A stretch of DNA of 64,000 bases from Bdellovibrionota bacterium. Its GTDB lineage: Bacteria > Bdellovibrionota_C > UBA2361 > OMII01. Within the stretch, counting starts at the first letter, position 1, and each line of letters starts with the position of its first letter. Below the pieces are notes generated by a model. It saw nothing but the letters and a program-made list of their open reading frames with translations. It did no database searches and was not told the DNA's origin. The position numbers and the translations under genes were made by a program. Where the stretch lies: positions 7,567-71,566 of the forward strand of contig JBIKKT010000011.1 of NCBI GenBank assembly GCA_044360195.1, given 5' to 3'. Positions 30,837-38,150 of the stretch are shown here, in pieces.

Positions 30837-32213
30837 ATGATGGATATTCGTTCCCCGCTCGATAGCCTCACCGTGCGTCTTTTGGCTCTGGTGTTTCTGT
30901 GTTCAGTGCCCCTTGCGGTTGTTGCTCTGATTTACGCCGATGCATCGCAAGGTGGTTTCGTTGCGGTGTTGGTGTGTATCGCTGTTGCCGTTGCGGGAAG
31001 CTTGCTGGTTGCGCGTGGTCTGGCGAGCTCACTTGATCGTTTTGCCCGTTTTTGCGAGCGCTTGGCAGCGGGGCATCTTGGAGCGCGAGTTTATCCATCA
31101 CGTATTCTGCAGCTCGGCCGTTTGGCACATGCTCTCAACGCGATGGCGCGCAGCTTGGCTGAGCGTATGGATGCACTTGCTGAGATATCAAGTGAGCAAG
31201 ATGCGATTCTCCGAAGCATGGTCGAGGGAGTTATTACCATCAACCGTGATGGGAAAATTCAACGGGTAAATAAAGCGGCATGCTCGCTGCTCTCAATAGA
31301 CGAAGAGTCATCTAAAGGAAGGCTCGTCAGCGATGTTATCCATCACATAGAACTGCAACGTTTTATAGAGACCGCGCTCTCATCGCAAGAAACACGCTCC
31401 GATGTTGTTACCGTAGTTGGCGATGACGAACGCGTGTTTGGAGCAAACTCATCGGCGTTGTTGACCGAGCAGGGAGTTTTCGTCGGAACGCTCGTGGTGT
31501 TGCATGACATCACTCGTATTCAGAAGCTAGAGAAGATCCGCAAAGATTTCGTTGCTAATGTGTCGCATGAGTTGCGTACGCCGATCACTTCCATCAAGGG
31601 ATTTGTTGAAACTCTGCTTGATGGAGCGATGCATGATCCTGAGAGCCTGCAGAAGTTCTTGGGTATCATCGGGCGTCATTCAGAGCGTCTTAATGCGATC
31701 TTGAGCGACCTGCTAATGTTGGCCCGGCTTGAGGTAAGTGGAGAGAATCAAATTGAGGTTGCATCCTTAAAATTACGCGATATAGCTCAGGACGCTTTTG
31801 AAACGTGTTCCAGTAAGGCTGATTCGAAGGGCATCTCTGTTAGTGTTGATGTGTCTGAGAACGAGCGCATCATGGGTAATGCTAGTCTGGTTGAGCAGGC
31901 GCTCGTTAATTTAATTGATAATGCGATCAAATACTCTGATAGTGGCGACCGTGTGCTGGTGCGTTGTGAGACTGCAGATGAGATGTGTCGCGTGATGGTC
32001 ACAGATAGCGGACCAGGTATCGATAAATCGCACCTCTCGCGACTCTTTGAACGGTTCTATCGAATTGACCAGGGCCGCAGTCGCCAGATGGGAGGAACGG
32101 GGCTAGGCTTAGCTATAGTAAAGCACATCGTTCAGCTTCATGGTGGACGGATAGAGGTTGAGAGTACGCTGGGGGAGGGCTCGACCTTCTCGATGTATTT
32201 TAAGAGGGGTTAG
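30837..32213 (+). CDS. Sensor histidine kinase (PhoR-like: 2 TM, PAS, HisKA, HATPase)
   Basis: H-box 'VSHELRTPITSIKGF', N-box 'NLIDNAIKYS', G-boxes 'DSGPGI' and 'GGTGLGLAIVK'. Confidence 0.85.
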   Translation: MMDIRSPLDSLTVRLLALVFLCSVPLAVVALIYADASQGGFVAVLVCIAVAVAGSLLVARGLASSLDRFARFCERLAAGHLGARVYPSRILQLGRLAHALNAMARSLAERMDALAEISSEQDAILRSMVEGVITINRDGKIQRVNKAACSLLSIDEESSKGRLVSDVIHHIELQRFIETALSSQETRSDVVTVVGDDERVFGANSSALLTEQGVFVGTLVVLHDITRIQKLEKIRKDFVANVSHELRTPITSIKGFVETLLDGAMHDPESLQKFLGIIGRHSERLNAILSDLLMLARLEVSGENQIEVASLKLRDIAQDAFETCSSKADSKGISVSVDVSENERIMGNASLVEQALVNLIDNAIKYSDSGDRVLVRCETADEMCRVMVTDSGPGIDKSHLSRLFERFYRIDQGRSRQMGGTGLGLAIVKHIVQLHGGRIEVESTLGEGSTFSMYFKRG

Positions 32214-32230
32214 GTGCGTTATAGTACTTT

Positions 32231-32340
32231 TTAGCCGTTTAGCCGTTACTACACCCCCCCCGCCGTTGCTCCAAGGCAACATTGCCTTTAGCCGTTACTA
32301 CACCCCCCCCGCCGTTGCTCCAAGGCAACATTGCCTTACT
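32231..32340. repeat. Tandem ~49-50 bp repeat (2 copies plus a partial) carrying a C8 run and a 'gttgctccaaggcaac' mini-hairpin. Left REP-like cluster of the RAYT module.
   Basis: 'tagccgttactacaccccccccgccgttgctccaaggcaacattgccttt' x2 (32240..32289, 32290..32338), followed by a 7-bp-stem hairpin 'actttaa accgg ttaaagt'. Confidence 0.7.
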
Positions 32341-32422
32341 TTAAACCGGTTAAAGTAATGGCGGCTAACGGACTGATATTTGGAAGAGGATTAATTCTCC
32401 CGTTTCACGTATACTGCCCCTT

Positions 32423-33496
32423 ATGGAGATGTTGGGGATAAATAGACCGTTCTTAGTTAGGAGTGCTAGTTCGGTTGATGCAATCAAGCTGGGCTCTGAC
32501 AGTGGAGCTGATTGGCCAGCGGTAGGGCGCAATCTAATGCCGTGTTTCAACAGCGCACCTATCAGACTTTTCCCCGAAACTCATTCACCAACTGTCGAAG
32601 AGCTTCAGCGCCAGTTTCCAGACGCCCGCCGTATCTTCGCAGCAGATTTCTATCTGAGAGGAATTGAGAAGGCGGGGAAGTTGCTTCCGTGTGGGGCGGG
32701 ATATGAGCTTAGTGGGGGGGTGTTTAACATCGACCACCACGCGCCAGGAGAGCTCTGGGAGCGGCACGTATCCACAGGTGTTCTGGCTTGTCAGTGGGTT
32801 AGAAAAGAGGGAGTCATTGCAGCAAAAAATGGCGATATCGTAGTCATAAATCATACCGACTGCGACAGTGTTCTCTCGGCGCTGATTCTGACCGGGGTTT
32901 TACCGGTACATGAGCGATTTGAGCAGGCTGTTCTTGATGCTGATCATCGCGGTACACCAAATGAAATCGCAGATATGCTGCAGGCCTGTAAATCTTTGCG
33001 AAATCTTCCGCTCATGGCGGAAGCGCTTTCCTGCTACTTGCAAGGCGAGGCTCTTCCCGAGGTGGTTCGAAATCAGGTCGAGCAATTGCACGAGAGTCGT
33101 TTGGTAGTGAAGCAATTAGTTGACAGGGGCAAATACCAAGAGCGAAATGGAGTGGTATTGATTAAATGCGATCGCTACTTTGAGAGCGATCTGTTTCTTA
33201 ATCATTTTCCAGATGCGCGTGTGTTAGTGGTGGAGTGTCCCTCTGAGAAGTCTCCCAGCGTAATGATAACAAGGTTGCGGCTCGGGGCGTGTATAGAGAG
33301 TGGTTTAAGTCTGCATAGGCTTGGACTTACCGACATAGATCCCCATTTTGGCGGAAGATTTAATGCAGGTTCGAATAAGCGGGGGCTTGAGGCGGCTATT
33401 GTCATGGGACAGGCCCCAAGAGTTGTTTCCTCGCAGCAGTACTTTGAGAACCTCGCTAACAAGCTCGTCCAAGCCCCCGCTGTTGCTCCAAGGTAA
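32423..33496 (+). CDS. Hypothetical protein with DHH-phosphoesterase-like motifs. Its 3' end is formed by a REP-like repeat copy.
   Basis: 'VINHTDCDSVLSALIL' resembles DHH motif I (HxxxDxDxxxSAxxL), and 'FNIDHHAPGE' contains DHH. The last codons '...APAVAPR*' are encoded by 'cccccgctgttgctccaaggtaa'. Confidence 0.35.
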   Translation: MEMLGINRPFLVRSASSVDAIKLGSDSGADWPAVGRNLMPCFNSAPIRLFPETHSPTVEELQRQFPDARRIFAADFYLRGIEKAGKLLPCGAGYELSGGVFNIDHHAPGELWERHVSTGVLACQWVRKEGVIAAKNGDIVVINHTDCDSVLSALILTGVLPVHERFEQAVLDADHRGTPNEIADMLQACKSLRNLPLMAEALSCYLQGEALPEVVRNQVEQLHESRLVVKQLVDRGKYQERNGVVLIKCDRYFESDLFLNHFPDARVLVVECPSEKSPSVMITRLRLGACIESGLSLHRLGLTDIDPHFGGRFNAGSNKRGLEAAIVMGQAPRVVSSQQYFENLANKLVQAPAVAPR

Positions 33497-33683
33497 CATG
33501 AGCTTACTTTAAATGTGTTAAAGTAAGCTAAGCTAACAAATTGATATTGCAGAATCGGCGAACTACCGCACCTTAGCTGCTTCGGGGGGTGGGTGTTTAA
33601 ATGTGTTAAAGTAAGCTAAGCTAACAAATTGATATTGCAGAATCGGCGAACTACCGCACCTTAGCTGCTTCGGGGGGTGGGTG
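33474..33683. repeat. Middle REP-like copy (33474..33507, direct orientation) followed by a perfect 2 x 88 bp tandem duplication (33508..33595, 33596..33683)
   Basis: 'cccccgctgttgctccaaggtaacatgagcttacttt' is homologous to 32255..32345. The unit 'tttaaatgtgttaaagtaagctaagctaacaaattgatattgcagaatcggcgaactaccgcaccttagctgcttcggggggtgggtg' is repeated identically. Confidence 0.75.
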
Positions 33684-33888
33684 TTTCGGACAGCTTTTTC
33701 TACCCGTTGTTCCTTTGTAATCGTCACCTCAAACAACTTTCCCTTCCTAAGTTCGATTAAATCAGTATGGCTCTCCAGGTCTTCATATCATCTCGTTCCT
33801 CTCTTAAGAGGCTTAAGGCCTCTTGATAGGTTGTTCAGGGATAGCAGTGGGTACTTGGAGGGACCGCCAGCACCAATTTTAATTTTTA

Positions 33889-34908
33889 TTGAGCTTCGAG
33901 ATTATGGGCTATACAGCACGATACTATGAGTCACGCAAACTCTACGCGATGACGTTCCGTACACTAGAGGGGCTGCCTTTTGTAGCCACTCGATATATGA
34001 AGCTTCTCATTTATGGTATCATCGCACGCGCTCAACGAGATTCAAAGATTACCCTGTGCCACTTCCTATGGATGGGGAATCATGCGCACATGATAGCAAT
34101 TTTTCAAGACGCCAATCAGGCTGTAAACTTCTACGCCGAAGTTCAAAAAAAGATTACGGAATCTCTAAAAGCGCTCCTTGGATTGCCACACCTGCGACTC
34201 TGGGGGGGGAGGCCAGTCGTTGCGCATATCGCGGATTTGCCCGCCGCCATTGAACAGATAGCATACTTGTATGCGAATCCGGCGAGAGCCAATCTTGTTG
34301 ATTCGATCTCTCACTATCCTGGATGTTCCTCGTGGGACCTCTTCCAGGAGACGCTAGCATCAGACCCTGATCAAGTTAGTGCTAAAGTTGAGTACCCAGC
34401 TTTGTGGATTCCGTACTCAAAGATTCCTCTATTGCCGACACAGGTCCTCAAGAAGCATGCTGATATCGACTTCGCTGATCGTTTGTCCCAGAAGGGAGTG
34501 CCTCATACACTTGAGCTTCATCCTAACGCTTGGATGAAATGTTTTGGTATTACATCCCCTGAGGACGTCGCTGATATTAACCAGAAGGTGCTGGCCTCCT
34601 TAGCCAAAAGGGAGCAAGAGGCAAGGGGGAAGCGAGTGGCAGAGGACAAAGGTGTTCTTGGTGAAAGACTCCTGAAGTTGCAACCGGTCACGCGCGCGCA
34701 TGTACCTAAAGACCGGGCGCGCCGCCGACGAGTGTTTGTCATTTGTTCGGATAGAGAAGAACGAATCCGTATTATCAGAAATGTAAAGGAACTTTGCCGT
34801 CTAGCACGCGAGTACTACTACGATGCTCTTAGGGGTATACTCCGCAACTGGCCGCCCGGAATGTTTAGGCCCCCGCTTAGGCCCCATGCGTCAGCCTTGG
34901 GGCGGTGA
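33889..34908 (+). CDS. IS200/IS605-family HuH tyrosine (Y1) transposase of the REP-associated (RAYT) type, with a ~190-aa C-terminal extension
   Basis: N-terminus 'ARYYESRKLYAMTFRT' vs E. coli RAYT 'RRYYIKGGTWFFTVNL'. HuH 'WMGNHAHMIAIF' vs 'LPEHMHCIWTL'. Catalytic Tyr motif 'IAYLYANPARANLVDSISHYPGCSSW' vs 'DYIYINPVKHGWVVRVKDWPFSTF'. Confidence 0.65.
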   Translation: MSFEIMGYTARYYESRKLYAMTFRTLEGLPFVATRYMKLLIYGIIARAQRDSKITLCHFLWMGNHAHMIAIFQDANQAVNFYAEVQKKITESLKALLGLPHLRLWGGRPVVAHIADLPAAIEQIAYLYANPARANLVDSISHYPGCSSWDLFQETLASDPDQVSAKVEYPALWIPYSKIPLLPTQVLKKHADIDFADRLSQKGVPHTLELHPNAWMKCFGITSPEDVADINQKVLASLAKREQEARGKRVAEDKGVLGERLLKLQPVTRAHVPKDRARRRRVFVICSDREERIRIIRNVKELCRLAREYYYDALRGILRNWPPGMFRPPLRPHASALGR

Positions 34909-35300
34909 TCTCCTGAGTGGCTATGCGGAAAGTGAGCGCATAAACGCGCTGCAATTGTAAGGAAATCGTAGGGACCATAAAGAAGCAGAGCTACTTCTGG
35001 GTATCACCACGCGGTAGCTTCCGAAAGTAGCTCATAAAATCAATTGATTAAGATAGTTGTAGACTATTTTTGTTGTTGTTGCGTTATCGCGAATGACTGG
35101 AGAATCCCGCCGGGATGGTGATGTAGGGCCCGAGCAGCGGCAGGCAAGCAGCAGACAAGGTTCGGCCTGAGCCTGTTGGGTTGGAGCAGCTCCATTCCCG
35201 GAGCCTGACAACGCCGCAATGTATCTAACTCGCAGGTCTGCTACGGCCACAAGAAGTGAAATAGGTTTAGGGTTAGCGTTGAAGCTAGTCCTAAAAGGCA

Positions 35301-35364
35301 TCTCCCCCTCTACAGCTCTGCAGCAGGGGGAGATTGCGGACTCTTTCCTTTAGGGAAAGAGTCC
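35301..35364 (-). terminator. Two consecutive perfect hairpins immediately 3' of the RRM gene (minus strand)
   Basis: 'ggactctttcc tttag ggaaagagtcc' (35338..35364, 11-bp stem) and 'tctccccct ...15 nt... agggggaga' (35301..35333). Confidence 0.45.
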
Positions 35365-35371
35365 TGGAACA

Positions 35372-35812
35372 TTAGTAACGACCGCCGCCGCCACCGCTGC
35401 CACCACGTCGGCCGCCACCGCTGCCGCCGCGACCGCCGCGATCTCCGCCACGACCACCGCCGTAGCCTCCGCCGCCGCCACTGTATCCGCCGCCGCCGCC
35501 TCCGCCGCCGCCAAAGCCGCGACCGCCGCCGCCGCTGCGTCGATCACCGCCACCGGGACGGTCTTCTTTTGGTCGGGCCTCATTTACTGTCAAGGCGCGT
35601 CCACCGACCTCACTGCCATTGAGGGCCGATATAGCTGCTTGAGCCTCTTCATCGGTGCCCATCTCTACAAAGCCAAATCCCTTGGATCGCCCCGTATCTC
35701 GGTCCATGACGACCTTCGCAGATGATACGGTGCCGTACTGTGCGAAAAGTTGTTGAAGATCGCGATCCTGAATTTCGTAGGAAAGGTTTCCTACATATAA
35801 TTTATTTCCCAT
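35372..35812 (-). CDS. RRM-type RNA-binding protein with a Gly/Arg-rich C-terminal tail
   Basis: RNP2 'KLYVGNL', RNP1 'KGFGFVEM'. The tail is '(GGGGR/GY)n', encoded by GGC/GCC-rich low-complexity DNA at 35380..35590. Confidence 0.85.
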   Translation of the reverse strand: MGNKLYVGNLSYEIQDRDLQQLFAQYGTVSSAKVVMDRDTGRSKGFGFVEMGTDEEAQAAISALNGSEVGGRALTVNEARPKEDRPGGGDRRSGGGGRGFGGGGGGGGGYSGGGGGYGGGRGGDRGGRGGSGGGRRGGSGGGGGRY

Positions 35813-35958
35813 ATGTTTCCTTAAAGGACCGCTCCAGCTTCCATTAGCTTAGTAAAGGGCCCACCCCCCTAACTTCCCACGAGAGGAGGTTTTCGTCGAG
35901 TTCAAAGGTAAGTTTTATGTGAGATAGCGCATAGGACAGCTATCTTTTTTGCAAAAGG

Positions 35959-36004
35959 TTGCCTTGGAGCAAGGTGGGGGGTTGCCTTGGAGCAAGGTGG
36001 GGGG
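35959..36004. repeat. Right REP-like cluster, 2 x 23 bp, in inverted orientation relative to 32231..32340
   Basis: 'ttgccttggagcaaggtgggggg' x2. Its reverse complement 'ccccccaccttgctccaaggcaa' matches the left repeat core. Confidence 0.65.
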
Positions 36005-36034
36005 TGGCTCTGGAGGTACGCAAGTGGTTGATAT

Positions 36035-36652
36035 GTGGTGCCTCTGTCACCATTTGGCGCCCTGAAAGTAAACCGGTACCGAACAGGGCTTTTAGGTGAT
36101 ATCGTCCCGCGCATGAGATTTTTAATCGCAAACGCCCTTCCTCTTATCGCCCCACGACGCATGCTCGCTGGCGTGCTCTTTGCCCTGGTGGCTAGTTTCG
36201 CGCAGCCTGCGCTGGCAGAAAAAACCAAGCCGCCACTTCAGCTCGGTACCTCAACGGGACATGTTTTAACCGCCTGGGGTGAGCCGGTTGAGAGGATTGA
36301 GCGCGCGCTCAAGCAGGAGGTGGTATGGAGCTATCCGCAAGGGGCCTTTGTAACCTTTAAAAAAGGGCAGGTGATCTCCTACCAGATAGCCGGCAGCCAA
36401 GTAGTCGACGCAAAATCGCAAGCAAGGCAGGTTGCTGCTCAGCAGACCGTAGCGGCAGCTCCGACCGAGGCTATCGCAGGGGCTACTCGCGACCTAGTGC
36501 GCGACATTGCTAAAGAGCTGCCATCAAGTCCAGATGCACCATACACGGAGCCTCCCTCACAGCCAGGGCGCGCGGCTGCACGTAATCAGCCGCCGCAGCC
36601 GCCAGCGATGATACCTGGTGATGCTGAGGCTGATGTAGAGGAAGACGGCTAG
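36035..36652 (+). CDS. Secreted protein with a BamE (SmpA/OmlA)-like domain and a Pro/Ala-rich acidic tail. The likely start is 'MRFLIAN' at 36113.
   Basis: Signal peptide 'LAGVLFALVASFAQPALA'. 'LQLGTSTGHVLTAWGEPVERIE...VVWSYPQGAFVTFKKGQVISYQ' follows the BamE pattern (L.G.T...V....G.P......W.Y......V.F..G.V). Confidence 0.35.
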   Translation: MVPLSPFGALKVNRYRTGLLGDIVPRMRFLIANALPLIAPRRMLAGVLFALVASFAQPALAEKTKPPLQLGTSTGHVLTAWGEPVERIERALKQEVVWSYPQGAFVTFKKGQVISYQIAGSQVVDAKSQARQVAAQQTVAAAPTEAIAGATRDLVRDIAKELPSSPDAPYTEPPSQPGRAAARNQPPQPPAMIPGDAEADVEEDG

Positions 36653-36722
36653 GGAGCTCCGCTACGGGGATGTTTTCCGCGCTCTGCTAGGTAAACTCTT
36701 TGTTAGACAGCAGGTGCTCCGG

Positions 36723-38003
36723 CTAACGTTGTCCCTGATAGCCAGCGGATTTAAGTATCTGGGCCCAATTTTTGGTTGCAGTTTCGTTAGTAGTGCACCA
36801 ATCAAAGGATGCTTCGACCCTCGTTGCTACGCCTTCTGAGTTAAAGGTTGTTGGCCTAAGGGATATGCTAAAAGCGATATCGTCTCGCCTGCTACTGTAT
36901 TCGATCTGAATATAGGCGCTACAAGCGTAGTCGCCGTCGAGAACGTGGCACGTTCTCGTGTGCACAGATAATCTCTCCTTGATATCCCTCGGAAGGCGGG
37001 ACATAAAATTCGTACCCAATGTTGCGGTCCCCCGCGCCTGATCGAGGATTTCTTTGCAGTGTTCAAGTGGTAGGGTACATCCGCTTAAGGTAGCGATTCT
37101 AGAAATTGTTTCAGCGGAGGTGTCGGAAATTGCTAGCGGCTCACCGGGCGCGGGCATTTTCTTCTCTTGGTGCCTCTGCGCGGAGTCGCTTCCCTGTTGT
37201 GGCGATTCCAAGAGCCCGTCGTTTTTATCATCATCACCATCATCAGAAACCCCAGCCTCATCAGGGTCATAGTAAGTGTTTGAGACTTGCGATGGAACAG
37301 GATGGGCAGCGATATCGACCTGGCCACAGATGAATACTGGCTCTTGGGGATTGAAGTCATCGGCGCGCACATTCTCGCCCAGGTCGTACAAAGGAGGGGG
37401 GGAACCCTGCTTGAAAATCAGCTCTTCGAATATCTCCCAACGCCTGTTCACATCATTGAGTGAAGTGCTTAGGTCTTCGTTCTTAAATGTTAGTACGGCG
37501 TCCAATCGACCGACCTTAGGGGAGATCAGTTCCAGCACGAGAGGTTCCCGACTTGGCGCGCTGCTTTCTTCTGCTACGGCGATATCGCCCTCGGGTTTTT
37601 CATTAACATCTGATGAATCCTTAGCCGGGCGAGAGATAACTATGTCTCGGTCCTCGGCGACTTCCGAATCGTTGCACGATAGCCAGCGCCGCTCCTCGAT
37701 TAAGACATTGCTCGTGTCGGAAGCTTCAGTCAGGCTCCCTACATCAATGGGTGTTTGGTTCCGCGCGCAGTCCATAAGGTGCACGACTAGATCACGCGAA
37801 ATAAGCACAGCAAGAGAGGTAGTTAGCCAGACTTCAAGTTCCTCTACAGTAGGTTGACTGAGTCTTAACTCAAAGGGGTCGTAGTCAAACTTGAAGACCA
37901 GAGGGGTCTCATCGCGTGGGGGCTTATTCTGTGGGTTGAATTCAGGATTCATTGCTACTGCTTCCGGCTGGCGAGTGTACCCGGATTTCTCAGCCATTGC
38001 CAC
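36723..38003 (-). CDS. Large acidic hypothetical protein with no recognizable domain
   Basis: 426-aa ORF rich in D/E/S, no TM helix or signal peptide. Convergent with the BamE-like gene. Confidence 0.35.
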   Translation of the reverse strand: MAMAEKSGYTRQPEAVAMNPEFNPQNKPPRDETPLVFKFDYDPFELRLSQPTVEELEVWLTTSLAVLISRDLVVHLMDCARNQTPIDVGSLTEASDTSNVLIEERRWLSCNDSEVAEDRDIVISRPAKDSSDVNEKPEGDIAVAEESSAPSREPLVLELISPKVGRLDAVLTFKNEDLSTSLNDVNRRWEIFEELIFKQGSPPPLYDLGENVRADDFNPQEPVFICGQVDIAAHPVPSQVSNTYYDPDEAGVSDDGDDDKNDGLLESPQQGSDSAQRHQEKKMPAPGEPLAISDTSAETISRIATLSGCTLPLEHCKEILDQARGTATLGTNFMSRLPRDIKERLSVHTRTCHVLDGDYACSAYIQIEYSSRRDDIAFSISLRPTTFNSEGVATRVEASFDWCTTNETATKNWAQILKSAGYQGQR

Positions 38004-38150
38004 ATTTTCAACGCACCGCCAGGGGTCGGAAGTAGAAAGAATTGTGGTAGTGCTTCGCCGTCGATTTTCTTGCCATGATAGCAGAGCCCGATTACACTGC
38101 GACTGAGATTGTTCTAATAAGTTCCTAAGAGCTGATTTGAGGTTGTTTCT

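Larger units (their letters stand above)
32231..36004. mobile_element. REP/RAYT-like module: a RAYT gene plus cargo, bracketed by a direct (left, middle) and inverted (right) poly-C + 'ttgctccaaggcaa' repeat
   Basis: Left cluster 32231..32340 and middle copy 33474..33507 are in + orientation. The right cluster 35959..36004 reads 'ttgccttggagcaaggtgggggg' x2, the reverse complement of the left motif. Confidence 0.45.

Noticed and set aside
32262-32290. Integron attC-like site ('gttgc...gcaac' inverted core)
   Set aside because: The core does not fit GTTRRRY (5th base is C). There is no intI gene, and the palindrome is much shorter than attC sites.
32231-33683. Possible CRISPR array, from the tandem direct repeats
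   Set aside because: There are only two copies per cluster, no unique spacers of regular length between repeats, and no cas genes. The repeats are instead associated with a HuH transposase (REP-like).
35350-35583. ORF encoding a poly-Ala/Val protein (77 aa) and the 35372..35812 track ORF variants
   Set aside because: These are antisense or frame-shifted readings of the GGC-rich DNA that encodes the glycine-rich tail of the RRM protein. Low-complexity artefact.
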